Shown: one piece after another, positions 1 through 13,143 of the stretch
Layout: each line of letters opens with the position of its first letter
Numbering within the stretch: position 1 is the stretch's first letter
DNA from: Calcarisporiella thermophila CBS 279.70
Lineage: Eukaryota; Fungi; Calcarisporiellomycota
DNA: 64,000 nucleotides
Direction of reading: 5' to 3'
Assembly (NCBI RefSeq): GCF_041956535.1
Contig: NW_027192218.1
Span: 15,728-79,727, forward strand
The notes under the pieces: generated by a model
What the model saw: only the letters and a program-made list of their open reading frames with translations
What the model was told of the DNA's origin: nothing
Databases searched by the model: none
Program-made: the position numbers and the translations under genes

Positions 1-8
1 AACATCGT

Positions 9-312
9 GTCGTTCTTAGATGGCACAGTGGTTAGGAACCTCGGAGCTTAACTATTGTGTGCTGAGTTCGATTCCCAGTAACGGCACCAGAACTAGAGAT
101 GTGACCGGGACATACTTTTCCGAAATGCAATAAAATGTGTCAATGAAATTCTTCTATATATACTACTTCTTATTCTGTATCTTTCTCGGTACAAGCAATC
201 CCTCTCTAAGGCTGGCTAGGAGCATTACCTGGGTGATTTTAGCGTAGAAGCTACTCTACCTTTGTACCAGGATAAGATGCTTTCAAATAATGGCCCATTA
301 TTAAAAAAAAAA
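9..312 (+). mobile_element. Candidate tRNA-derived SINE-like element (Pol III A/B boxes, tRNA-like head ending in CCA, A-rich tail)
   Basis: A box TGGCACAGTGG (21-31), B box/T-loop GTTCGATTC (66-74), acceptor-like pairing GTCGTT/AACGGC then ACCA (86-89), and an A10 run at 303-312. No convincing anticodon arm. Confidence 0.5.
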
Positions 313-671
313 GAAAATACCCCTCCCACAATATGGGAAAATAAAAGGACTTCTATCTACATATCACTGTTTTATATAAACCATACCTATCAATTGGTTC
401 TAACAATCTATCTACTCTCCTCTCATTGTATTACTGTATACCTTCTTTCAGTTTAATATTGTTGTAGTTTGAGAGCCATAAGCTGGATAAATGACGATTT
501 TAACTTGTTTCGTTTTCAAATCCTGAATAAAAAGAAATCTCCTAACAAATCAATCCTAATTCCTTTTTAAGATGTTTAGATTATTCTAGAATTTGAGTTT
601 CGAGATTCATTTTCAGTCTCGGTCTCGTCTCTATCGATTCTCCCTCTTTAATTCCTGGAAACTCTACGATC

Positions 672-1451
672 ATGGGCAGGGTAAAGTATCATCAAATAAT
701 ACTATTGAGTTCGTACAGTGGATGGATGGATGGATGATATGATGAGGGCTGGTTGTGTGGATATTTGTATGATGGACTAAGTCGGGGATAGAAGGAATGA
801 TCTACCGATCAATTAGATCATCAAACTTATGGAAGCGATCGACTGACATCATCTACTATAATAGTTGCATGAATATCAAGTAGTGGGTCGCAAGCTGCCC
901 TCCAAGTCGGAGCCAGTTCCCAAGCTCTACCGCATGCGGTTGTTCGCCCCGAACGAAGTGGTTGCAAAGAGCCGCTTTTGGTACTTTTTGCGGCGATTGC
1001 GCAAAGTCAAAAAGGCAGCCGGCGAGATCGTGTCAGTGAATGAGGTTTATATCGTGAAATCTTACTAAATCAGGGGTGAAAGCTTTTAATATATTAATCA
1101 TTATGGGTATAGATCTTTGAAAAGAAGCCCGATACTGTGAAGAATTTTGGTGTCTGGCTGCGTTACGACTCCCGCTCCGGCACGCATAATATGTACAAGG
1201 AGTTCCGTGAATTGTCGCGCGTTGCTGCGGTTGAGTCATGCTACCAGGACATGGCTGCTCGCCACCGTGCACGCTTTAGCTCAATTCAAATCATCCGTGT
1301 TGCTGAAGTCAAAACTGCTGATGTGCGTCGTCCCTACATTAAGCAGTTGCTGGTTCCTAAGCTTCGCTTCCCACTTCCGCACCGTGTGCAGCTTCGCGAT
1401 AAAGTCAAATCTTCTCTCTTTATTGCCAAGCGCCCCTCCACTTTTTACTAA
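672..1451 (+). CDS. RPL20: 60S ribosomal protein eL20 (L18a/L20); exons 672-680, 865-1044, 1113-1451
   Basis: MGR|[12 protein letters not shown]...[23 protein letters not shown]...[23 protein letters not shown]...KRPSTFY; GT-AG introns restore the frame. Confidence 0.97.
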
Positions 1452-2433
1452 ATAAAAATAGCATTCAATTTCTTTTTCCTTTCAATATGAGGATGCTCTT
1501 ATTTAATTTTAATATCTAGTTTTACAAAGTATATGAATTGACACTTCCTCAAATAGCGAGGAAACCAGGGGAATTCGAATGGCATACTTTTCCTAATGCA
1601 TGATTGAACTGACAAGCATTTAACCTTGCTATTATGGTTGAATAAACATTTCGTTAAGCCAATAATAAATTTCCCCTGAGATTTATTGCACTGTTGGATT
1701 TTGTATTTATAGGGATTAGCTTTATATCCTAACGAGCATTGTATATTGAAGATAATTATACTATCTAATATTTATCGGAATGCATTTTACGATGGACCTA
1801 GGTCCAAAGTAAAGAAACCCGATGAGCCCTGTGACCAACTGTTACCATTGCAATATATGTCTGAACATGTATTGCCGTTATTGGTTTCTCGATATAATGC
1901 ACGTTTACCAATTTGGCCATTTTATTTCATTCAATCTACCTATTATCTCTATCCAGTTACGTGTAGGCTCAGAGGAGACTTAACTCTTAAACAACATGTG
2001 CAGGAAACTCGGGTAGAAAATAAAACATTATTTTATGTAAGCACTAGCACTTGATTGAGAACTGCTATCATTATCAGATACAGCAATAATAAAAAAATCT
2101 AACCATTAGACAGAAGCTATATCGATTATTTCAAGGAAGCTGTAAAGGAGATTGTCGAGATGAGATACAGGATATACAAGCATATCGTGATCATTATAGG
2201 GCAAGGCGAGACAGAGACAGCCGGCATACATAAGTGGCAAAACCTGGCTCCTGAATCAATTGCGCCCCTGTTAGCTGGAATGATTTGCTGGATCGTACGG
2301 TCACATGTCTTATGCTCAACACACCAATAGTTTTTAGTTATTTAAGATTTGGAGCATATACAATGTATTGTCACCTTTAATACCTCTTATTTGGAACCTT
2401 TTATTTACTCGATTATCCCAGTACATTCATTTG

Positions 2434-4390
2434 ATGGCCGTAATTACCGTAGAGCAACATTATAAACCAGAGCATCTGTCAGCAAAGCGAGACTTGTTTC
2501 GTGAATTGTGTCTTGCATGCAAAGAAGGTTTTGCTACTTCTGAGAATCTTTGTTAGACTTCTTTTTGCTGAACAACTTGTCTATATATCTTAACCAGGTG
2601 ATTTAGAGAAGGTTATGGTACTTATCCGTAATTTTTCTGTGTAAGTATACGTCCTTATTATTATTTTTGCTCTTACTTATTGTAAAAAACCATCACACTA
2701 TAGACCAGTTAATGGAACGGATGCATGGGATTGCAGCCCACTATTTTACGCATCCCTGTGCGGAAAATACGAAGTTGCATCATTCTTACTTGAGAACGGA
2801 GCAGTATGTGATAAAAATACATTCCAAGGGTGTGTATTTATTGCTTTTCTTTATATTTTCTAACTCTAAAGAATAAGTTTATGCTGTTAATATCATATAT
2901 AGGGAGCGTTGCATCTATGCGGCACTTAATGATGATATAAGGAAACTGCTATTATCATACAGAATATCTGGGGCAAATAGCCAGTGTCAGGTATATGTTT
3001 TTACTTTCCTCACATAAATAATTTACTCACCAATCTAGTCTCTAGCCGCTCTTAGGGTTCATGCATCTACTAATTGAGAATCCTTCAGATTTTTTCACTG
3101 ACATCACTTTTCAGATCCAAGACACAAGCAGCTGCACCTACTGTGAATATTCTGTGCATCGTTTTGTGCTCCGCGCCAGATCTTCTTATTTTGCCTATCA
3201 GTTGTCTAACAATTGGCGTGGAAAAAGCGTCGTTAAACTTACAAATGTATCTGCAGCATCTTTTGGGGCGATTATGCGTTTTATTTACACTGGGCAGCTT
3301 AAAATCTCTAATGATTCAGTTGAGGAAACAAAATACCTACTCAAGATGATTAAGCCTCGGTTAGGTGGTTGGCTAGAGGCGGAAGTTAGAACGAGTGTAT
3401 TGCGAGATCGTGAGGAGTTTGAAATGCTGAGAAATGATTTTGCAGAAAATATTCGAAAAATTATATCGGGAGTGGTCGAACAGCATATAAACAACATGAA
3501 TATAGAAAAGGATGCATACATTTCCATAGACGAGGCAATCCAAAAATTAGCAGATGATATTGAGGCCGATATATTGATAGAGCTAGATGACAAAGCGGTT
3601 TTTCCATGCCATAGATATTTTCTTGCTGGTAGATGGTATTTCGCGTCTGACTATTAAAAAATAGCTATCACTTTTATTAATTTTTGTGCTTATTAGCAAA
3701 TATTTCGACAGGATGCTTAATGGCCAATTTAAAGAGGCGATGATTGTGCGCTGCAACTCTGGAGAGACAACGACATTGCCAAAGTTACACATCCATGGAA
3801 TCGACTCGGAAACGTTTGCTCATCTGATTGAATTCATTTATACTGATCGCTGCGATCTCGAGGACAAAGGCAACAAAATAAAATTGAAGGTGCTTCAGGC
3901 GGCAGATATGCTCCTCTTGGATCAATTGAAATCCTTTGCGGCCATTTCAATTACAGATAATCCACCGCCGCCTCCACCTTACGATGAAGTTTACGATATG
4001 ATGGAAATGGTAAACCTCTAGATATTCGTTTTACTGCCTTCATTTGTTCAATAACAACGTGTAAAATAGGCTCTCGATCTTCAAGTTTGCCGTATCATAG
4101 AAATCTGCAATCGTTGGTTCGCCAATCATCTTGAGTACGCTGTCCAAGATGAGCGATTCCATGCCTTGGTCGTGGAGAGCGCATCGCGCGCAATTGGTAA
4201 AGAGCAGAAAAGAGGCTCGATCCCTTTAATTGACGGAATTAGATTCTGGCTAACAAAAAGATATGGGATCATTCACAAGAACTTGGCAGAGCCCGACGAA
4301 CTAGAAGGGGTTTTTCAATATGCACCGGAATATGAAAAAGATTTAAGAAGAATTAACCAGATGCTGGATGAGCTGCAATTAAGAGCTTAG
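2434..4390 (+). CDS. Ankyrin repeat and double BTB/POZ domain protein (ABTB1/Btb3/YIL001W family, Cullin-3 adaptor), multi-exon
   Basis: Ankyrin ACKEGDLEKV...DAWDCSPLFYASLCGKYEVASFLLENGA..GERCIYAALND; BTB1 TDITF..HRFVLRARSSYF..FIYTG; BTB2 ADILI..FPCHRYFL..FIYTD..AADMLLLDQLK. The first four exons were checked and splice in frame. Confidence 0.9.
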
Positions 4391-5808
4391 GATGGATTGT
4401 TGTAATATTTTTGTCTAATCTCTTGTAACGATATATTTCTCTGTGCAGCTATAGAAACTTAAGTTACATGTAATAATAATTTAACGTTTTGTGCAGTTCA
4501 CTTAGAACAGTAATTTAGTTAGGGTCAAATGGAGCTCTTCATCTTCAGCTGAGGTTAGAGTACGAAAATACATTCTTGATATGGAAATTGAGGAACACAA
4601 CCAGGATTATTGATCGCGGAGTTGTCTCATTTATTAAAATTATATACCGGAAAATATTTGCCGCCATTGCGTGGGAGTTTACAAATTACTTTGGATATCA
4701 TGCCTATTAAAGTATTGAGATTGGAGACTTTCATTAGCTCACTCATCTCAAATTGACGTTTGGGCACCTACGCAGATATGTCCAATGATAAGGATGGGAA
4801 AAAAATTTCTAGTGTACGCCAAGATATTATCCACAATAGATATACTACAAGAAAGGATATGATCATTAGAGATAAGATATACTCCTGCGTTGAAAATGGA
4901 TACGCCTGCTTCAAACATTAGTTAAATTCAGTCTTTTCTTTAAATAGTCTGTTTACATATTGTAAATCAAATGCTACTTCAATAGTTTATTGAAGTGGCA
5001 TTTGATTTTCAGATCTGAGTTAATAAATTAATATATTGAGGCAATTTAGAGTATTATACAAGCGCTTCTAAAATAGAACCAAGCCAGTCAATAAATTGTA
5101 TATTTAATATTTAATGAAATAAGCTTGCTACTGGTGATACAGGCACTTAGTAGTGATGTCTATAAAGCTTTGAGATTTAGTTTTGACTCAAAAGATTTAG
5201 TCAGAACTGAGCTCTTATGAACCCTATGCAATCATTCGATATGATAAACAATGTAATTACAAGATTCTAGAAGCACATGATTGTGGATTGCAAGTGGGTT
5301 TAACGGTAAATTTTTTATAAAAACATTCATACCGCATTTCTTTTTGTGCTTTGTATATTGATCATTGAATTAAATCAGAACAAATACTCTGTCCTTTTTG
5401 AGAACAGAAGAGGGGTCGAAAGTGAGGGTTAGGCGGAAGATTGCTAATGGTTTGTTAAAGAGAAAATAACAGGTGGTAAGGCTCCCGGACCCCACCCATA
5501 TATCTCCACTAAGCAAGAGAATCAGAAAGAAATTGCAACTAAAACCGTTTTATTTAAGATAACCTCATTATCGATCTTTTCAATGGTGGTTGGGGTGAAA
5601 TAAGTGCATTGATATAAACTAAGTTTTTTGACAAGCAAAAGTTAAAATAAAAGCTTTAATACGTATGGCAAAGGCGTTCTGAGAAATTGGGTTAAAATAT
5701 TTTCATGATACAAATTAATCTCATGTACTAGCATAAGGCCCTTTATACTACGTCAATATGCAAATCTATTTTCCACAGATTCCAATCTTCCTGTTGTCAT
5801 ACACAATT

Positions 5809-5816
5809 TGACGTCA
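5809..5816. promoter_or_regulatory. CRE/ATF palindrome TGACGTCA upstream of CDC55
   Basis: Perfect TGACGTCA about 190 bp before the ATG, with a related TACGTCA near 5749. Function is unproven. Confidence 0.3.
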
Positions 5817-6001
5817 TCAATGTGTCGCAGCAATCCAAGATCAAGAAAAACACGATGGGCGGAAAACGCTCGAATACAAGGCAGATACTCACACAGTTGA
5901 ACTCTTCTAACCCCTCCCTTTCAATTATATTTTCAAGTATCGCTCCTCTTCAGATTTCTCAGTTGACAATTATCTTGTAGAAAGCTTTTTTTTTACACGT
6001 T

Positions 6002-7949
6002 ATGACAATGATGGACACTGATGTTAACAACTGGAAATTCGCGCAATGTTTTGGCGACAAAGGTGAAATTGAGGATATAACCGAAGGTATTATTTCCCTA
6101 GTTCCTCTGTTCTGAATATGTAATCTATCTATTACCATGGCGGAGGGACAATTAATTCTAAAGAGTTCAGCCAGAGTATTTTGTTAAAAACATGAGATGT
6201 GCTCGGTTTTGTGATTATAGTTCAAAACGGGCCTGAGAGTTTTTTATTTTTAATTCGTACTCTTCCCCTTTACATTTGTCATGCATTGCTTTCCTCATGA
6301 CAACTTTTGCTTGTATAATTGTAATAACATCTGCTGTTTTGGACCCTTTTTATTATAGCCGATATCATTTCAACCGTGGAATTCGACCACACTGGTGACT
6401 ACCTTGCAACGGGTGATAGAGGCGGCCGTGTCGTACTCTTTGAGAGAAATGACAGCGTAATTAAACATCCCATTCATATTTCGAGTTTTCCATCTTAACT
6501 TTTTTTTTCTTACTCAATTCTAGAAACATGGCTGCGAGTATAAATTCTACACTGAATTTCAATCTCATGACGCCGAGTTCGACTATTTGAAAAGTTTGGA
6601 AATTGAAGAAAAGATAAATAAGATCAAGTGGTGCAAACGCAGTAATTCGGCGCATTTCTTGCTCTCCACTAATGGTATGCGTTTATCAGTCTTTATTTCT
6701 CTATTCTTCAACTCATTGTGCTCATGCTTCCAAAGATAAAACGATCAAGCTATGGAAGATTTTTGAGAAAAATGTCAAGGTAGTATCGGAAAGTAATTTG
6801 CTAGACGCGAATGGCATGACGCGACACAGCAACAGCATCCATTCTCTTCGTCTCCCCAAGCTTGCAATACACGACACGATTGTTGCTGCCGTGCCCCGCA
6901 AGATTTATCAAAATGCGCACGCCTATCATATCAACTCTATTTCAATTAACTCTGACGGCGAAACCTATCTATCCGCCGATGACCTCCGCATTAACTTATG
7001 GAACATGGACATCAGCGATCAAAGTTTCAGTAAGGGCCTCTCACCTCCATACTTAGCATTTGATTTTCATTCTAATGCTCTCTCTTTCTCTCGAAATAGA
7101 CATCGTTGATATTAAGCCCGTTAACATGGAAGAGCTTACAGAAGTAATTACTTCCTGCGAGAATCACCCCGGGCTTTGCAATGTGTTTGCCTACAGCAGT
7201 AGCAAGGGGACTATTAAACTAGGAGACATGCGAGAGTCTGCCCTTTGCGACCGGCACGCTAAACGTAACCGACATAACTTTCCATTCTCTCATATGATCT
7301 GCTCTCTTAGCCCTTTTTTTCTCCTGTATTTTAGTGTTTGAAGAGGAGGATGACCCTGCCAGCAGATCCTTCTTCTCCGAGATTATATCCTCCATATCCG
7401 ACATTAAATTCAGCTCAGATGGCCGATACATATTGTCACGCGACTACATGACTCTGAAAATATGGGACATCAATATGGAGAATAAGCCTGTTACCACCAT
7501 CAACATCCATGATCATCTTCGTCCGAAGTTATGCGATCTCTATGAAAACGATTGCATCTTTGATAAATTCGAGTGCATGTTCAACGGTGATGGAAGGTAG
7601 TTCTACCTTTACTAGTTGCCGTGGAAAGCCAAAATTCTTATCGCTGATTTGTTTATATAGCCAAGTCCTTACCGGCACGTACAGCAATTATCTTCACATA
7701 TATGATCGCGATGGCAGGACGGACGCCACCCTACACGCCGATAAGAGTGCATTCAAGTCCAAGCGCATGGGCCCTGGCAAGAACAAGTCTGCAGGACGGC
7801 AAAAGAACGGTGGTAGACCCGATCTAATCAACCCGGATTCTATTGATTATAACCGCAAAATACTGCACGCCTCCTGGCACCCGTTCGAGAACACCGTTGC
7901 CATCGCTGCAACGAATAATCTCTTCATATTCTCGACCCTTACTGCATAA
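6002..7949 (+). CDS. CDC55: Protein phosphatase 2A regulatory B55 subunit (WD40), multi-exon
   Basis: [44 protein letters not shown]; [26 protein letters not shown]; [30 protein letters not shown]; [25 protein letters not shown]. Confidence 0.97.
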
Positions 7950-8404
7950 CGGGATTTGGGTATGTTCGTTCTCTCTTTTTTCTTTCCTACTGTAGTTTGT
8001 ACATGCATGTTCGTTCCTCTTATATTTCCATATCACTTCTTGAGAAAACTAAGTTTTTTTTCTTCTTTTTCTTTTCCTGCTTTCTTCTTTTCTTTTTTCC
8101 TTTCTTTTCCTTTCTTTTACTTTTATTCTTTCTTTTGGAACTCTTTTTGATATTTCTCTCTGCTTGGCTCTTGTTCTGGCATTATTTCCTCTTTTCATAA
8201 TAATCTAATAAAATGTAAACATGTGAAATATTTTACAACTACAAAATGGTTTTGTGTTCAGAATACATTCGGTCGGAGCTCTTCTTAGATAAGGTATCCC
8301 CGAAGAAAATTATCGATTTTGTGACTATACTTTTTTTTTAGTGGTAAAAAACGCCGTGCTTCTAACCCCTCTCACTTCGTTAGTCATTGGACGTTTCTTC
8401 GAGT

Positions 8405-10097
8405 ATGCCACCGCCGACAAAGCCCAGACTCGAACTTCTCAAGCAACTCATCCCTCCTCTTAGTCCGAAATTTCATAAAGGACAGGCTGGTAAATTATAA
8501 AGACGAATTCCTGCTGGACTTCCCAAGAAAGTTATTGATTACTTGTGTACTCTTTCTCGCGTTCCTTTTACTAATTGCGTCCAACTCAGGCCGAATTGCC
8601 GTAGTCGGCGGATCGGAAGAGTATATGCGTTTTCCAATTTTGACTCCTGAGTTGATAAGTTTAACGTTCCCTTTAATTATTAATTTTTTTTTGGCTCTAC
8701 ATTAGTTATACGGGCGCGCCTTTCTACAGCGGTATGTCTGCGATGAGACTGGTGGGATCTTGCGTTTTTATCCTGTTGATGCATTTTTCTTTATTGATAA
8801 GCTTGTGTCCGTGCTTTTAGGGTGCCGATTTATGTCATATTTTTTGCGAACCTGGAGCCGCCACTCCAATTAAGGTGAGCACTATTTTATCGCCTCATGT
8901 ACTAGTAGGCCGCTTCTTGACACGCCACTTTTTTACCCAATTTTGACAGAGCTACTCTCCAGACCTAATTGTCCATCCCTACATGCGCAAAACAGAGTAT
9001 GTCATGCGAGTGTCCAATCTCTATTTTAAAATCTGCCTCTCATTTCTCAAAACTATCAAAGGAAAAATCCAGATATGACGAGTTCAGAAATAATTGAGCG
9101 CATCTCTTCTCAGTTCCATCGGTTGCATGTGATCGTTGTTGGACCCGGATTATCACGCGACGACAAGATGATTGAATGTGCAACGGAACTTATTACTAAG
9201 GCAAAAGAGAGCAGGATGCCAATAGTGATAGATGCTGTAAATATCCTTTGAAAATAGCGTTTGCTTTTACACTGCCTCATACTGACCTGGTACCCCTTTT
9301 TAATATTATAGGACGGTCTATTTTTGGTACAATCTAATCCGAACGTAATCAAGAACTATAGAAATGCGGTGCTGACTCCAAACCCCAACGAGCTCAAACG
9401 CCTATGCGAGACCATGGTAAGTAGGCGACTCTCCAATCTGACGTTTGGACCTGTTTCATTGGAATATTACCCAGGGTATCAGGTTCGATGCCGAGCATAA
9501 AGATACCATGGCCGAAAGGCTCGCACAGGCATTTGGTGGCGTGACCGTCTTACAAAAGGGTCCCACTGATCTCATTTCAAACGGGCAAAAAGGTAAAAAC
9601 GGGCTTCTATCTTTCACCGTCACCACTATTCACCACGCAGTTTCTCTCCTCCAGTTTTCCAAGTCGATGATGACGGAGGCCTGAAACGATGTGGGGGGCA
9701 GGGCGATATTCTGACGGGATTGATCGCGACTTTTTTGGCCTGGGGAGAGGCTTACAAGAATAAACTTTGGGAGTCGGTATTGGAAATCTTCCGTTTTACT
9801 AGCCACAGATATTAATATTTGTCCATAGCCATCCTAATGAGATTTCAAGTGAAGATATCCCAATGATGGCGAGCTACGCGAGCGCAAAGCTAATGCGTGA
9901 ATGCTCGCGTGCGGCTTTCCAAAAACACGAACGTGCCACACAGACTTCGGATATGCTCTCTGAGATTGGCTCAGCATTCCGAAGAATCTATGGTCAGTAA
10001 GACTGGACTTGATCTTGGTGGTTTAAAATTCGTTTTACCCTCATGACTCTAATCCGTTGTTGGGCTAGCAGGCTCCTCGGTGGATAACAAGCTTTGA
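8405..10097 (+). CDS. NNR2: ATP-dependent (S)-NAD(P)H-hydrate dehydratase (YjeF-C/CARKD/NAXD/NNR2), many short exons
   Basis: [32 protein letters not shown]; [12 protein letters not shown]; PIVIDADGL; [12 protein letters not shown]; [15 protein letters not shown]. The terminal exon is inferred (see findings). Confidence 0.93.
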
Positions 10098-12511
10098 ACT
10101 TGTTATTTGTAGAGATTGTCAAGTGTATCTAGGATTTTGATGTAAATGGTATAACACTCATGTGAATGACATAATAAAATGGTGGCAACCATGTACACCT
10201 TTTTGATTCGAATCAAAGGAGGGTGATCCAATTTAAGCTTTATCACTTTTATCCCCCTTGACACATTAAATCTCGCCCAATACTCATACCACAAGTACGA
10301 ACCTTTCCCTCGAAAGCATAGAGATAACACATATCTTAATAAAAAGCGATCTAGCTCTCATCCATCGTTTTCTTTTTGCCATTATGTTCCATCATTCGAA
10401 TTTATATGCAGGCTTAGGATACTCACTTCGTATGACGAGAAGAATTATGAAGCGAGTCATATCGAGTGCAAAATGTCCAATCAGAAGGTCGCCGGCGACT
10501 GAATCGAACATAGCGCATCTCTATAGTTTGAAGAAAAGCGATGAAATGAATCGAGATAAGAAGAGATTATCCGTCTTGCAATATGGGATCGGACAACTTG
10601 CATATATAGGTAAATAGATTTAAGTTATTACATGAATATATCTCCGTTTGGTAAAAGCAAAGTGCTTCACAGCTGAAGACTAATATGCTATGTCCACTTT
10701 CAGTGTTGGGTTCAGAAGTTTTCTGCTCGAAAGTCAATCGGCACCAAAGAACTGCCGAGGTTGGCTAACGAAGAATCCTCTGCAAAACGCCCATAGTAAA
10801 ATGGTCGAGATAAGCTGTTTAGTATTATAAGGCGAGAGAAATATCCACTTTTATGACTGCCTACCGTAGAAAATCCAGATGCGTGTTTACAGCGCCTTCG
10901 AGAATATAGAGAAGTAGTTTCCAAGTGGTTTGAAAGGAATGGCCAATATAAAACCGACCATATATCCAAGGAAGCTTATTTTTCAATTGTGGTAAATGTA
11001 TTGAGGATGCAAAGAGACCTGGTCGCCGTTCAAATGCAAAGCTATCTTGGAAAAAGCGACTTTCTATTCCCCTAAGGACTAACTCCAGATATCTACGAGT
11101 ATGTATCTCAATTCCGGATGCACTATGGTTTTGATGCCACTCATTTTTTCTTCGCCTAAGCAGAGCTCACCCTCCAGTAGAATAGCTGATAGAGAAATGA
11201 CTGTATATTCATTGTTTTATTTTTTTGAGTTTTCACGCATACAATCTTCGCTTTTTTTTCTATAGTTGATAACGCACGATAAAGGACGATCGGGAATATT
11301 CAATAAAGGGAAGAGCTCAAGAAGAAGCAAGGCACAGGGAGGTGAGTGGGATATGGCCATTCTTTGGATTTCCCTTGGTCTCCTAGTTTGTAAAATGGCG
11401 CAGTTATAATCATAAAACCATTTGCTTAAATAGAAATTGGTTTGATCTGCTCCGAAATCGATATTTCTGGTTCCACAGCTATATGTGCTGACAAAGAGAG
11501 AAAAATAGATCGCCAAATGCTCGGGGGCGTGGTAAAGGGACTCGAAAAAGGCTTATTATGCAAGCATCAGGCGAATTTCTAGATTGTGAGCAGGAATTTT
11601 CATGCGATGATGTCTATGCCATAATTCTCCTCCTGCAATGAAACAAGTATCGCGAAGGCTAGTTAAACGCGCTATCAAATTGGTGAGAGCAGTGATTTTG
11701 ACAAGCTTGCGAGGGTGAATAAAAAATGGTGGAAAGCCCCTTGACAAAGAGGGGTTGAATTTCGTATAAGAGCAAGTGTATTCTCGGCGAAACTATCTTC
11801 AGTATAGCCAACAAGATCATATGAGAGAATGGCCCATGCTCAATAGGTTTCACATTTTCTTTCTGTTTCGCACTTCCCCACAATTCCTCCGCATCAAACT
11901 GGAAAAAGATAGCTTGAACTGTGCGACCCAGGTCTTATTGTCCGTCTAAGAATCCAAATGGTGAATTTTGCCGAGAGGTCTGTGGGACTCAATTCAAAGA
12001 GTGCTAGTGGCATCGACCAACATGAGGTAGATTATAGCGCACCAAGCTACGAGGATGGGGATCTCAACAAAGCGCATTATTGTCACGAAAAAGACGGAGT
12101 TTAGTAGCGGTCAGTTAAATGAAATATGAAAACATCAATTAATAAAACACCGAGGATTTAGGTCGAAATTGGTTTGAAGTTCATCACAAAGACTCAAACC
12201 TGGAAAAATTACATTATGGTATAGCGTCATCCCGAGCCTCCATCGCTCTCTGAAGGGCGCTTAGACTTGCATCCTCTCACAAGGATTTTAGGCCAGATCC
12301 CCGGCGGAGCTTGGAGGAGAGGAGAAAACCGTCGCGTTGTGTCAAGGTGTCAGCGCGGGCTGCGAACCTAGTAGCAGATAGTCGGCGCCCGAACTTAGAC
12401 TGGACTCGCGCCTCTTCTTTGGGTCAGAGCCAGCCGTGTCAGCCGGCTGCAAGGCAGAGAGCACATCTTTGGATAAGATGGGGATGAAAGAGAAGGATGG
12501 GCAGTGTTGGT

Positions 12512-12539
12512 GGAGGAGGAGGAGGAGGAGGAGGGGGAG
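12512..12539. repeat. (GGA)n microsatellite
   Basis: About 7 GGA units followed by GGGGGAG, in intergenic DNA. Confidence 0.8.
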
Positions 12540-13143
12540 TAGTCAAAGATTCTAGACAAGCCCAGAGTGTTTGTCATCGTAATTTCCAGCCATTTGGTAG
12601 GCTGGAGAGCACAAGAAATGAAGCCAAGTTAGGGAGCGTTGGAAGGTGGTTAATTTGCGGAGGTTTTAGGGTTTACAATTCAAACTGAATTCGGGTTAAC
12701 CTCACACAATTACTTATTGCTTGGGGAAGGTTGAATTCGGCGAGGGCAGGATCCCCGTTTTGAATTTCCCTCCCTAGAGCGGCAACTATGCTCACTTCAT
12801 GCGATCACGGCCGCACACGCCTGTCATTTCCGGCCGAAGCCTAGGTTGCCCAGCCGCCGTAGCACCGGGCTCCTTAGCCCTCGCAACCCTCGCACCCGTC
12901 CTCATCCTCGGGCGGCCCCTACAGCCCTTCCCCCTCGTTTTGTCCCACCGCGGCCAGAATTACATGTGAGAGAAGTCCTTATCACATGTTTTCGCAGGTT
13001 AACCTTGTACTGGGTCGCTGAAACACTCACTTTGCTATTTATTATATCCCCGCCCTACCCCGCAACTTCCCCCCACAATCTTTTCTCTTCTGTTTCTTCC
13101 CCCAACTTTCTTGCAGTTTTTCCATTCTCAGTAGTGCTTTGTT

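Noticed and set aside
9-89. Functional tRNA or tRNA-Sec gene
   Set aside because: No canonical D stem or anticodon stem-loop, no TCA anticodon, and no oligo-T terminator directly after it
681-864. Possible C/D snoRNA in the long RPL20 intron 1 (ATGATGA...CTGA)
   Set aside because: The CTGA coincides with the branch point, the TGATGA adjoins a (GGAT)n repeat, and no terminal stem or rRNA guide was recognised; snoscan would settle it
7956-8200. Phe-rich short ORFs (also 35864-36118 and 46764-47084)
   Set aside because: Translations of T-rich 3' UTR/terminator tracts
9237-9311. ATATCCTTTG resembling a U12 AT-AC donor in the NAD(P)HX dehydratase gene
   Set aside because: It lies 4 nt inside a GT-AG intron that already restores the conserved IDA|DGL motif and has a U2-type CTGAC branch site
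10100-12400. Several 60-100 aa ORFs in the long intergenic gap
   Set aside because: No recognisable motifs or coherent exon chain; could be a decayed element but cannot be supported
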